A stretch of 64,000 nt of DNA, from the NCBI GenBank assembly GCA_964584895.1, contig CAZPAW010000002.1, positions 194,748 to 258,747 on the forward strand, given 5' to 3'. The DNA comes from an uncultured Candidatus Saccharibacteria bacterium (GTDB lineage Bacteria > Patescibacteriota > Saccharimonadia > Saccharimonadales > JAGQNJ01). Below are positions 19,883-28,718 of the stretch, piece by piece. A model generated the notes under the pieces. It searched no databases and was not told the origin of the DNA. It saw only the letters and a list, made by a program, of their open reading frames with translations. The position numbers and the translations under genes are program-made. Position 1 is the stretch's first letter. The number at the start of each line of letters is the position of its first letter.

Positions 19883-20315
19883 TTTCCTCCTTAGTGGTTA
19901 GTAGTCCGGCCATTTGCAAAGCACCTGACACCATTTCGGCTTGCTCAGGCGATAGTTCTTGCTGTTTGGCTTGAACAGTTGCATCAACCTGCACTCGTGT
20001 CGCATATGCACGGTGATGATGTTTCAGCCAAAAGATTATGGCTGTCATATTCTTTTCTTTTATCCCCGAGATTAATTGCGATTCAGCCATGTCATTGATT
20101 AGTCCCGCGCTCTGTTCAAGCGCATCGTCACAAGCATCAGCAAAGACCTCGTCAGCTTTTCTCCACCGATAGTAAGTACTGCGGGGGACGCCTGCTTGTT
20201 TACAGGCGACCTCCACAACTGGCGTTTTGCTTAATTTTTCTACTAGCTTTTGTTTGTCTTTTTCTTGGTTACGACTCATAGCTTCTTCCTTTTCTGGCCT
20301 GTTAACTTCTCCCAA
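19869..20315 (-). CDS. HTH protein, small-terminase-like
   Basis: 148 aa. HTH at VACKQAGVPRSTYYRWRK. It overlaps terL downstream and the ParB-methylase gene upstream. The role is inferred from position and size. Confidence 0.55.
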   Translation of the reverse strand: MGEVNRPEKEEAMSRNQEKDKQKLVEKLSKTPVVEVACKQAGVPRSTYYRWRKADEVFADACDDALEQSAGLINDMAESQLISGIKEKNMTAIIFWLKHHHRAYATRVQVDATVQAKQQELSPEQAEMVSGALQMAGLLTTKEENDDN

Positions 20316-21598
20316 CGCTTCATGATCACTTCTGCGTAAACAGGTGACTTCTCCATTAAGTTACAGCGACGTTTGAGCTTTTCGGCAGCAATAAGTGTTG
20401 ATCCTGACCCTCCGAACGGCTCAATTACTAGATCACCTCGTTTTGTCAGTACTTTCATGTAGGGAATTAGGATTGGTACAGGTTTAGTACCAAATATGAC
20501 TCCCTGACCGCTGTGTTTCTCATCTTCAGCTGAATGTTCGATGAAATCAGTCGGCACATACTTTTTGCCCTTACTGTGCTTCTCCCAATGCGGTTTACCC
20601 GCAATGGCAAAAAGGGCAGTTTCGTATTCTTCCTGTAGTGGCCCGGTTTCATCGTCGTAGTTGTATTCAACGCTACCGCTAGCGCCGAGCATTGCTATGT
20701 CATATTTCGAGAAAAACTTGTGCTGTGCAGCGAAGTTCTGGTGTCTATTGGCAAGGTGCCAGACGATCATATTACGCACCTGCCAATGTTTCTCCATTTC
20801 TGACCAAATAACGCGGAGATTTTTCCAATTTTCATACACCATAATGCTGAAGTCTGGTTTAGCGACTTTGGCAACGTTAGTCATCCAAAGTTCTGTGAAG
20901 TTTGGCGGTAACTCGTCGGTTTCTAAATACCTGCGATTCCGTTTGGCGCCAAAGCCTGTCGTTGCTTTGCCGTGACGCTTGCCTTGGAGGTAATTTAACA
21001 GATACGGAGGGTCCGTTTGGCAAAACGATGCTTGCTCGTTATTCATGAGTTTTAGAACGTCTGCTTCAATGGTCGAATCACCTACCATTACTCGATGCTC
21101 ACCAAGCTGATATACATCACCCTTCTTGGCTGAAACCTTTTTGATGTCTAGCTTCTTTAGTTCTTTTTGCAGATCGAAGTTTTCTGGTTCATCCAGGTCG
21201 ATGTCGAAGATGTCATCGAGTTCTTCACTCGTGAAACCAACGTCATCGAGTAACTTTTCATCGAACTCTGCTAGCAAGGAATAGTCCCACTCTCCCTGGT
21301 TCCTGTTCAAACGGAGGTTAAGTTCCTTTTCTTTTGCTTCGTCCGGAATGTCGACGTAGACAACTGGTACATCTTTAATACCAAGGTCTTTAGCGACCTT
21401 TAGTCTAAAGTGACCGCCGATAACGACGTTTTTGCGATCCTCAGCGCCGTTAACCAGAATAGGGTCGACTAGACCGAATCGCTTGATACTTTCTGTTAAA
21501 CCAGCAATGGCTTCATCTGACCAAGTACGTGGGTTGTACGTAGCAGCCTTAAGCTGACTGACCTTAATGTGTTTAATATTTAATTGTTCCTGAGACAT
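20276..21598 (-). CDS. ParB-like nuclease domain / DNA methyltransferase fusion
   Basis: 440 aa. ParB N-terminal domain (ATYNPRTWS, GGHFRLKVAK), then a methylase with TDPPY and EPFGGSGSTLIAAEKLKR. Confidence 0.85.
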   Translation of the reverse strand: MSQEQLNIKHIKVSQLKAATYNPRTWSDEAIAGLTESIKRFGLVDPILVNGAEDRKNVVIGGHFRLKVAKDLGIKDVPVVYVDIPDEAKEKELNLRLNRNQGEWDYSLLAEFDEKLLDDVGFTSEELDDIFDIDLDEPENFDLQKELKKLDIKKVSAKKGDVYQLGEHRVMVGDSTIEADVLKLMNNEQASFCQTDPPYLLNYLQGKRHGKATTGFGAKRNRRYLETDELPPNFTELWMTNVAKVAKPDFSIMVYENWKNLRVIWSEMEKHWQVRNMIVWHLANRHQNFAAQHKFFSKYDIAMLGASGSVEYNYDDETGPLQEEYETALFAIAGKPHWEKHSKGKKYVPTDFIEHSAEDEKHSGQGVIFGTKPVPILIPYMKVLTKRGDLVIEPFGGSGSTLIAAEKLKRRCNLMEKSPVYAEVIMKRWEKLTGQKRKKL

Positions 21599-21600
21599 AG

Positions 21601-21649
21601 AAAACTCCTTTCTGTCTCGCGGTTTACCTCACGAGCAGTCAGGAGTTTT
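21601..21649 (-). promoter_or_regulatory. 5'-UTR hairpin able to sequester the Shine-Dalgarno of the ParB-methylase gene
   Basis: AAAACTCCT (21601-21609) and AGGAGTTTT (21641-21649) are perfect 9 nt complements. On the minus-strand mRNA the 3' arm contains the AAGGAG Shine-Dalgarno just upstream of the ATG at 21598. Confidence 0.4.
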
Positions 21650-21889
21650 GTTGTTACAAACAAAAAAACAACCACTAGAAATAAACCATTTAGATTTATT
21701 TCCTCGAGCTGTTTTTTATCAAACTTGTTTAATCTCTTGGAAACGTGTTTTTAATAAAGTTCGAGCTAATGCTCAAAGAAAGTTTAGCAAAGAAAAACTT
21801 ACCACGCAACATCACAAACTCTTGTAAAGTCTTGCAAAACTACTGTATTTTTTATGCTCTTGGGGAAAATGTAAGCTATACTACTGTAA

Positions 21890-22735
21890 ATGAGTAAAGC
21901 AAAACCTTTTCTAAAATGGGCCGGTGGTAAATCTAGAATCGCGAACAAAATAGTCCAGTTCTTTCCCAAAGATTTCGACAAGTACTATGAACCTTTTCTT
22001 GGAAGTGGAGCAATATATTTTACAATTTCACCGCAAAAAGGTGTCTTAAATGATCTAAACAAGTACCTAATTGGAGTATACGAGACTATTCGCGACAATC
22101 CTCATGGGCTAATTAAAGCCCTTAGTAAAATAGATAAAGAATATCACTCTCTTCCAAATCTTGATAAGAAAGCCGAGTACTACTACGAGACACGAAAACG
22201 ATATAACAAAATGAATACGGCAGACACAAAAAAAGCCGCTTTATTCATATTCTTGAATAAAGCAGGATACAACGGAATGTACAGAGAAAATCGAAATGGT
22301 GATTATAATATCCCATTCGGGAAGCGAGAAAAGTGCCTGATCTGCGATAAGGACAATATATTAACAGTTTCGGAAGATCTATCAGATATAAAATTAAGTT
22401 CAGGGGATTACGCGAAGGCGCTGACATCTGCGAAAAAAAACGATTTAGTATATTTAGATCCACCATACATACCAGTAAGTAAAACTTCGAACTTCACCCA
22501 GTACCAGAAGGAAGGGTTTGGACGGGAAGAACAAATTAAGCTAAAAAAAATTGCTTTAGATTTACACAATAAAGGTTGCAAGGTTGTAATTAGTAACTCG
22601 TATTGTGAAGAAAGCATGAATCTCTACAGCGACAAAGCATTTACTATCAATAAAATTAGTGTAACGAGACAAATTCACTCAGCTAAAAAAATTGTTCCAG
22701 AGATAGTAGTTACCAACTTTAAAGCACAAGGATGA
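21890..22735 (+). CDS. Dam-type (D12 class) N6-adenine DNA methyltransferase
   Basis: 281 aa. KPFLKWAGGKSR, EPFLGSGA and YLDPPY appear in the Dam-family order. Confidence 0.9.
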   Translation: MSKAKPFLKWAGGKSRIANKIVQFFPKDFDKYYEPFLGSGAIYFTISPQKGVLNDLNKYLIGVYETIRDNPHGLIKALSKIDKEYHSLPNLDKKAEYYYETRKRYNKMNTADTKKAALFIFLNKAGYNGMYRENRNGDYNIPFGKREKCLICDKDNILTVSEDLSDIKLSSGDYAKALTSAKKNDLVYLDPPYIPVSKTSNFTQYQKEGFGREEQIKLKKIALDLHNKGCKVVISNSYCEESMNLYSDKAFTINKISVTRQIHSAKKIVPEIVVTNFKAQG

Positions 22736-22739
22736 ATTA

Positions 22740-24878
22740 ATGGATCTCTCGAAACTGCGACTGAAAGACTCATACTCTAGTGATACAGATGACATAGTAA
22801 ACCAGTTTTACAATCCTGTTCTATCGTGTGCTGTCTCTTATGATCGAATCACTGGTTATTTTTCACCAAGTATCCTATCAATAGTTTCAAGGGGTTTTGC
22901 AGGGATAATTCATAACAAAGGTAGAATACGTATTCTAACTAGCATTGAAGTCAATAAAGAATTATTTGAGGCAATTGATAGCGATAATTCACAAAAATTT
23001 GATGAAAAACTATTCAAGGAAATAGAGTTTGACATCGAATCCCTAAAGACCGAACTAGAAAAAGACTACCTTCGAGTATTCATGCACCTATATAAAACCG
23101 GAGCAATAGAGCTCAAAGTTGCAGTCCTGCAAGACAAGAGAGGAATTTTACATCAGAAAGTTGGTGTAGTTAAGGATTCTTTGAATAATGCAATTTCATT
23201 TAGTGGATCAAATAATGAAACTCCCGGAGGAGTGCTGAATAATATAGAGGAGTTTAAGGTTTTCAAAAATTGGATAATTTCCAGTTCGCCTTATTTTGCA
23301 AACGATCAGTCGAAATTTGATAAATATTGGAATAATGAAGTTAAGGGTATAAATGTAGTGGGGATTGACAATGCGGTAAAGGAAAAACTAGTAAACTTAA
23401 TCGACTCGAACGATGACTTAGAGAAAATTATTTCCAGAATAAAAACCAAAGAACAGAATAGCGCTGCCGACTATAATAGTGTTGAAACTCCACAGAGATC
23501 CCTGAGAGACTATCAGCAAGAAGCTATTAACCATTGGGTTAAAAATGGCTACAAATCTATGTTTGAAATGGCAACAGGCACTGGCAAAACTTTCACAGCA
23601 ATCAATGCCTTAAAAAAGTTTCACGATGATAAAAAATACTTAAGATCCGTCGTTGTCGTTCCTTTAACCACTTTAACCATTCAGTGGCAGGACGATGTAA
23701 AAGAATTATTTCCGAATATAACAATCATTAACACTTCAACAAACCATAAATGGAAAGACGAAGTAAACAACCTAATATTTTCCAGCGAACTCGGGCGAAA
23801 CAAAGATTACATTTTAATTACTACGTATTCCATGTTTACCAAGAAAGATTTTAATGAGAGGGTTAATAAACTAGGCGATGACATTGTTCTGCTAGCTGAC
23901 GAAATGCACAATTTAGTTAATAAAAATAGAATTAAATCTTTGAGTCATCCAAGTTATTTATACAAACTAGGGTTAAGCGCCACTCCTACAAGGTTATGGC
24001 AACAAGATGAAAGTTTAATTGTTCGTAAACATTTCGGTGACAATAGCTTTCAATATTCACTCGAGGACGCTATTAAAAACGGATTTCTGGTGCCATACAA
24101 CTATCACCCACTTCCAATAAATTTAACGATAGACGAGTTTGAAAGGTATCTAGAACTAAGTCGGCAAATCTCTCGTATTTCGAACTTCAAGTCTGAAACG
24201 AATAATGAAAATACAACCCTACATATGAAATTAATTGAAAGAGCCAGGATTAAGAAGAATGCTGAAAACAAGCTGTTTATGCTAGAGAGCTCCTTAAGAA
24301 AACTACAGATTGAAGGTCCGCTACAGAACACGTTAATCTATGTTGATAACGAAGACTTTCTTAAAGACCTACAAATAATGTTGTCCAATAACAACATCAG
24401 AACAACCAAATTCACAGGAGACAACACTTTGGCTGAACGCATATCAGCAATAGACAGCCTTAGGAGTCACTCGATCAATGCAATTGTTGCGATAAAGTGT
24501 TTAGACGAAGGAGTTGATATTCCATCGGCCAAGTTAGCATTTTTCTTATCAAATAACACTGATCCCAGAGAATATGTCCAAAGGCTCGGGAGGGTATTGC
24601 GTTTAGATAAAAAAAGCAATAAGACCATTTCTGAGATTTACGACTACATTGTTTTCCCGCCCACTGAAGTACAATTTGACAATGAAAAAGACAGAAAAAT
24701 CACCAGAAATATGGTTAAAAATGAACTAATCAGGGCTCACTTTTTCAATCAATTGTCGTCAAACTCTAGTTCTGCACAAGATATTATCGATGATGCAGTT
24801 GACAAATACGGTTTTTATTTTGAGGAAAATGAGTTAACCTATAATCAGGGAGAAGAAGATGAATTTGCTGACAGATGA
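22740..24878 (+). CDS. PLD-nuclease domain / SF2 helicase fusion protein
   Basis: 712 aa. N-terminal HxK(x4)D motif LHQKVGVVKD, then helicase Walker A MATGTGKTF, DEAH-like ADEMHN and motif VI QRLGRVLR. Confidence 0.85.
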   Translation: MDLSKLRLKDSYSSDTDDIVNQFYNPVLSCAVSYDRITGYFSPSILSIVSRGFAGIIHNKGRIRILTSIEVNKELFEAIDSDNSQKFDEKLFKEIEFDIESLKTELEKDYLRVFMHLYKTGAIELKVAVLQDKRGILHQKVGVVKDSLNNAISFSGSNNETPGGVLNNIEEFKVFKNWIISSSPYFANDQSKFDKYWNNEVKGINVVGIDNAVKEKLVNLIDSNDDLEKIISRIKTKEQNSAADYNSVETPQRSLRDYQQEAINHWVKNGYKSMFEMATGTGKTFTAINALKKFHDDKKYLRSVVVVPLTTLTIQWQDDVKELFPNITIINTSTNHKWKDEVNNLIFSSELGRNKDYILITTYSMFTKKDFNERVNKLGDDIVLLADEMHNLVNKNRIKSLSHPSYLYKLGLSATPTRLWQQDESLIVRKHFGDNSFQYSLEDAIKNGFLVPYNYHPLPINLTIDEFERYLELSRQISRISNFKSETNNENTTLHMKLIERARIKKNAENKLFMLESSLRKLQIEGPLQNTLIYVDNEDFLKDLQIMLSNNNIRTTKFTGDNTLAERISAIDSLRSHSINAIVAIKCLDEGVDIPSAKLAFFLSNNTDPREYVQRLGRVLRLDKKSNKTISEIYDYIVFPPTEVQFDNEKDRKITRNMVKNELIRAHFFNQLSSNSSSAQDIIDDAVDKYGFYFEENELTYNQGEEDEFADR

Positions 24879-25047
24879 TATGTCCTCAGCTATTGATAAT
24901 GCAAAATTATCCAGTGGTGACAAGGGCAAACTTAAAAAAATACTTTACCAAGAGCGCCAAAACAAGGAGCGTGTTTGGGACAAAGACGCAGAAAAATTCA
25001 TATCAAAACTGATTGATGAAGATACAAAGGAGCAGTCAGAGAAATGA
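24859..25047 (+). CDS. small hypothetical protein
   Basis: 62 aa. It overlaps both neighbouring genes (20 nt and 4 nt) inside a tightly packed operon. No other support. Confidence 0.3.
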   Translation: MNLLTDDMSSAIDNAKLSSGDKGKLKKILYQERQNKERVWDKDAEKFISKLIDEDTKEQSEK

Positions 25048-26960
25048 TTGTTTTTCATCATATAAAAATTAAACAGTTTAGAGCTTATGAAGATGTGTCG
25101 GTTAGCCTTGATGCAAACAAAGGCGTCATTCTCATGCATGGGGACAATGGATCTGGTAAATCCACTCTATTAAATGCAATCAACTGGTGCTTGTACGGAG
25201 ACACTCCGTTTTACACAACCACCAAAGTAACCGCTGTTTTAAATCGACATGCACCAAAAGGGTCGACTGCAGAGGTCGAAATCATTGCTAGTATCGAGGA
25301 TAAGAAGTATAGATTCTACCGTAAAACCGATTCAGATGCTGCGCCGGGTGGAATGCTTGAAGTGTCTTACGAAACTAACGGAGACTGGACTGTTCTAGAT
25401 GGAGCTGCAGGCAACGACGCAGTGAGAAGAATTCTGCCAAAAGACATTAGACATCTATTCTTTTTTAACGGAGAGAGGTTAAAGGACATCTTTTCTCACA
25501 ATAGCGATCATGACTTAAAGTCTAGTGTATATAAAGTTGCTGAGCTGAACGTCATTGATAACGCAGTCAAACACCTAAAATCTGTTGAAGATTCGTACTT
25601 AAAACAGATTAGTAAGGTCAGTAAAAATTCAAGAAAAATTGAAGAGCTTAAAGATGCGAAAGAAACATTTGAACGTGCAATTAATGGTCATGACGAGGTC
25701 TTGGAAGAACAAAGACAAGAAAAGAGAAAACTGAAAGCTCAAATAGCAGAGCTGGACAAGCTTATAAAAGATACTGCATTAGCCAGGGAGTACCTATCTC
25801 AACGTGACGTAGCCAAAGAACGATTGGCGGAAGCTGAAGAAAGATTGCAAACTGCCAAATTAAATCAAACTGATTTGTTCCAAAAAAATTATCATAAATT
25901 GCTGTTGTCTGACCAAATTGCTGATTACAAAAAGGCTCTGGAGTCAGCAAAAGACGCGGGCGCAATACCTCCACCAGTAAATCCTAAAGTCACAAGCGAA
26001 ATACTTAAAAGCAAGGTATGTATTTGCGGTAGGCACATTACTAAATCTGAAACTGAATTTATCGAAAAACAACATGCAGATTATAGAGCTAAAGACCAGC
26101 TTAGATTCTTGACTGACGGAATCTTCACATTTGCCGATCTTGGTACAAAAATACAGGATATTAGGTACGAATTTTTAGATACAACAGATGTAATTGATGA
26201 ATCTACCCAGAAAAAACAAGAATTACAGGAAACTCTATCGAAAATTAACGAAAGTCTTTCGGAAATAGATCAAAGCAAGATGCATGATAATCCTGAAGCA
26301 CGACGTACAAAACTAGAAAATAAGATGAGTAATTTAGACATGCTCATCGGCGGAGCGGCGAATGAAAAGGTAAAAATTGAAGATAAGCTAAAAGAGACCG
26401 AGCGTGAATTAAGAAAAAGCATATCTGAAGACAAATCTACGTCTGAGTTGGAAGATAAACGAGAAACAGCAGAACGCCTTTATAAGAAACTCCAAGAGAT
26501 AAAAGTTAACATGGAGACAGCAATAAGAACCAAGCTGCAGTCTAGCGTTTGGCAGACTTTTTCTAAGATATTGCCAGATACTAACTTTAATCGCATAGAG
26601 ATAGACGAAAATTATGACATTTCATTAATCGCCAATGACGGCACTACATATACAACCAACATTCTTTCCGTAGGACAAACAAAAGCTTTGGGTCTATCAC
26701 TGGCATATGGATTATCTAAGGATCTTGGGTACCAGGAGATTCCACTATTAATAGACAACTTATACGGTGACCTAAGCGAAGCACATTTTGCTGATGTTAC
26801 AAACATGATTAGTTCTTTGGCCGCAGACAAACAGGTTATTATTATGGATCTAAATGTCGAGAAGACCAGTAAAATGTTTGATAGTGGAATTATTTCACAG
26901 AAGTTCTTAATTAAGAGATCTGCAGACGACAATCAGACTATTATTGAGGAGATCAAGTAA
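25044..26960 (+). CDS. SMC-like ATPase, DndD/SbcC-like
   Basis: 638 aa. P-loop GDNGSGKSTLLNAINWCLYG, a long Lys/Glu coiled coil with a central CICGRH, C-terminal LSVGQTKAL and the Walker-B-like PLLIDNLYGDLS (compare the DndD-type IDTPLGRLD pattern). Confidence 0.8.
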   Translation: MIVFHHIKIKQFRAYEDVSVSLDANKGVILMHGDNGSGKSTLLNAINWCLYGDTPFYTTTKVTAVLNRHAPKGSTAEVEIIASIEDKKYRFYRKTDSDAAPGGMLEVSYETNGDWTVLDGAAGNDAVRRILPKDIRHLFFFNGERLKDIFSHNSDHDLKSSVYKVAELNVIDNAVKHLKSVEDSYLKQISKVSKNSRKIEELKDAKETFERAINGHDEVLEEQRQEKRKLKAQIAELDKLIKDTALAREYLSQRDVAKERLAEAEERLQTAKLNQTDLFQKNYHKLLLSDQIADYKKALESAKDAGAIPPPVNPKVTSEILKSKVCICGRHITKSETEFIEKQHADYRAKDQLRFLTDGIFTFADLGTKIQDIRYEFLDTTDVIDESTQKKQELQETLSKINESLSEIDQSKMHDNPEARRTKLENKMSNLDMLIGGAANEKVKIEDKLKETERELRKSISEDKSTSELEDKRETAERLYKKLQEIKVNMETAIRTKLQSSVWQTFSKILPDTNFNRIEIDENYDISLIANDGTTYTTNILSVGQTKALGLSLAYGLSKDLGYQEIPLLIDNLYGDLSEAHFADVTNMISSLAADKQVIIMDLNVEKTSKMFDSGIISQKFLIKRSADDNQTIIEEIK

Positions 26961-27397
26961 TGAGCGATATTAAATGGCCAGGTATTTCGATAACCGAAGA
27001 CGACAGTGAACTTGCAACAAGAATCATTAAACAAGATGGAATACTGCGAAATATTGATCAAAAAGATTTACTAATGTTAGCAGCAGCGCTTGCCATAAAG
27101 ACCAATGCACCAGATGTAATCGCAAAATCTACCAAAAGAAAGGATGTTACCCACCAAAGTTTGATTAATGGAGAAAACTACAGCGAATATCGCCAATATA
27201 TTTCGATGATATATTACCAAACGGAAGGCAAAAAAGATCTTAAAAGCATGGCCGATCCTAAAGCAATGGTAGATAACTTCGTTAATTATGCACGGCGAGG
27301 TTTGCACTTGTTGAGAGCCGAGTATCTGGAGTCTAAGGATTCCGACGAAGCATTACTCAAAGACTTTGTAGAACTTCTTAAAAAAACTTCAAGATAG
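26960..27397 (+). CDS. hypothetical protein, possibly DndE-like
   Basis: 145 aa. Its start overlaps the stop of the ATPase gene. Size, position directly after a DndD-like gene, and segments LLMLAAALAIKTN and YARRGLHLL recall DndE. Weak, from memory only. Confidence 0.35.
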   Translation: MSDIKWPGISITEDDSELATRIIKQDGILRNIDQKDLLMLAAALAIKTNAPDVIAKSTKRKDVTHQSLINGENYSEYRQYISMIYYQTEGKKDLKSMADPKAMVDNFVNYARRGLHLLRAEYLESKDSDEALLKDFVELLKKTSR

Positions 27398-27403
27398 CCT
27401 CAA

Positions 27404-27931
27404 TTACTCATTGCTCTCAGTCTCGAGTATCTCTAATAGATTAGGGTTATCTTTCCGCAAAGTCATATTCGGTCCATTCGGAATTGACCTAGCTTTAATT
27501 TTGCCTTGCCTGATTAACTTTCGAATGGTCTGTATATGTAGCCCTGAACGATAAGACAGGCTAGTATCCGGAATGGACTTCTCGTGTTTGTAATCTCCGC
27601 ATAATGATCCTGGGATCTTCTTTCTGTTTACTGCATCTTGGCAGTTCATACACTTAAAACCCCATTTGTCGTACCAGCCGTCTGTCTCATAGACACTTAT
27701 GCCACACAGTGAGCAATTACGACCCTTACCGGGCATGGAAAAGCCCTTAGGTTCATCTTTGAGTCTGGCTTTACGTTCTCGCTCCTCCATGTCCATTTGA
27801 ACCAGAAGATCGATAAAATTAACAAGGTTATCGGCAGACTGTCGCATTTCCAAGTCTGATTTGTATTTAACACCTTCTTTTTCGCTTAGTTTTCTAAACT
27901 CTTCGTGATCCTTGTCTTTTAATGTGACCAT
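27404..27931 (-). CDS. zinc-ribbon plus HTH protein (possible excisionase-like DNA binder)
   Basis: 175 aa. CSLCG...CMNC zinc ribbon and a C-terminal HTH-like LHIQTIRKLIRQGKIKA. AAAGGAG Shine-Dalgarno upstream. Lies at the right end of element A. Confidence 0.45.
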   Translation of the reverse strand: MVTLKDKDHEEFRKLSEKEGVKYKSDLEMRQSADNLVNFIDLLVQMDMEERERKARLKDEPKGFSMPGKGRNCSLCGISVYETDGWYDKWGFKCMNCQDAVNRKKIPGSLCGDYKHEKSIPDTSLSYRSGLHIQTIRKLIRQGKIKARSIPNGPNMTLRKDNPNLLEILETESNE

Positions 27932-27932
27932 A

Positions 27933-28076
27933 TCATTTCTCCTTTTTGGTTGATGATTGTTTCGATTTGTAGTCTTTGTATATATCTAGGATCAGCTGGG
28001 CAAGCTTCATTGCTTCTTTTTTGATCTCCTCGCTAGTAGGTGATTGGGTTTGTTTGTTTCTTGATACGTATGCCAT
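27933..28076 (-). CDS. small hypothetical protein
   Basis: The ATG at 28076 is preceded by AAGGAGG. The 47 aa form is preferred over the 68 aa track ORF. Confidence 0.35.
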   Translation of the reverse strand: MAYVSRNKQTQSPTSEEIKKEAMKLAQLILDIYKDYKSKQSSTKKEK

Positions 28077-28154
28077 AAAAACCTCCTTAATGTAGTGGCA
28101 GATGAGACTACCTTTTATAGGGTGTCCTAATTGTCTCATTTACCTCTGTTAAGG

Positions 28155-28179
28155 GGTTCAAGACCCGCATGGGGAGCCA
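28155..28179 (+). repeat. degenerate copy of the tRNA-Asn 3' end (att-like junction between elements A and B)
   Basis: GGTTCAAGACCCGCATGGGGAGCCA compared with the tRNA 12429-12453 GGTTCGAGTCCGACCCCGGGAGCCA. There is no 5' tRNA half. The next 250 bp share blocks with 12454-12706 (AGCA, GTAGACC..GTTCCTAGACCT, TGTTGGAACCG). Confidence 0.7.
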
Positions 28180-28406
28180 GACCAAGCAGAGAAAAACGTA
28201 GACCTAGTTCCTAGACCTACATTAACTTCTCTCTTTGGTCAGAGAAATACTAATTTACAGTTCGTAAGTTACAAATGTTGGAACCGTCAGAAATGGCGGC
28301 TCTTTCATTTTACCCCTGTAATTTAGTTCGAACCCAGCCTCTCCTGTCCTGAAGGAGCAAGCACCCCAAAAGCTGACCCGTTCCCTAGACCTGTCCCTTT
28401 ACATAG

Positions 28407-28421
28407 TACCCCCTAGGGGTA
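28407..28421. promoter_or_regulatory. CsoR-type operator overlapping the csoR/copB promoter
   Basis: TACCCC-cta-GGGGTA is a GC-rich pseudo-palindrome of the kind bound by CsoR. It abuts the TATACT -10 box (28422-28427), which lies 6 nt before the ATG at 28434. Confidence 0.55.
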
Positions 28422-28433
28422 TATACTTTAGAT

Positions 28434-28718
28434 ATGAGAGAAGATATTAAAAAGCGTGCCAGTCACCGTACCAAAATTATTGAAGGCCAGATAAAAGGCT
28501 TACAAAAGATGATAGACAATGAGCAATACTGCATGGATATTCTCACCCAGAGTTTAGCAATTCAAAAGTCTTTAGCCTCCCTAAATAAGCTGATTGTAGA
28601 AAACCATTTAACGACGCATATTACTGAAATGCTTAGCTCTGGTGAAGAAAAGGAACAGACCAAAGCTATAGAAGAACTACTGAACCTGTACGAGCTCAAC
28701 AACGTCAGGAGTAAGTAA
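28434..28718 (+). CDS. csoR: CsoR/RcnR-family metal-sensing repressor
   Basis: 94 aa. RIEGQIKGLQKMI-like segment (KIIEGQIKGLQKMIDNEQYCMDILTQ) with conserved Cys and His positions (C...H...). Confidence 0.85.
   Translation: MREDIKKRASHRTKIIEGQIKGLQKMIDNEQYCMDILTQSLAIQKSLASLNKLIVENHLTTHITEMLSSGEEKEQTKAIEELLNLYELNNVRSK

Larger units (their letters stand above)
12454..28179. mobile_element. integrative element A (about 15.7 kb) inserted at the tRNA-Asn 3' end
   Basis: Bounded by GGGAGCCAGACC at 12446-12457 (tRNA end) and at 28172-28183 (degenerate tRNA 3' copy at 28155-28179). Contains a large serine recombinase, terminase genes and a ParB-methylase. The boundaries are inferred. Confidence 0.6.

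Noticed and set aside
28155-28179. Second tRNA gene at the junction between elements A and B (and at the other GAGCCA sites)
   Set aside because: Only the 3' T-arm and acceptor-like portion is present. There is no 5' acceptor strand, D arm or anticodon arm, and the T stem is degraded to 3 bp. These are displaced att remnants, not genes.
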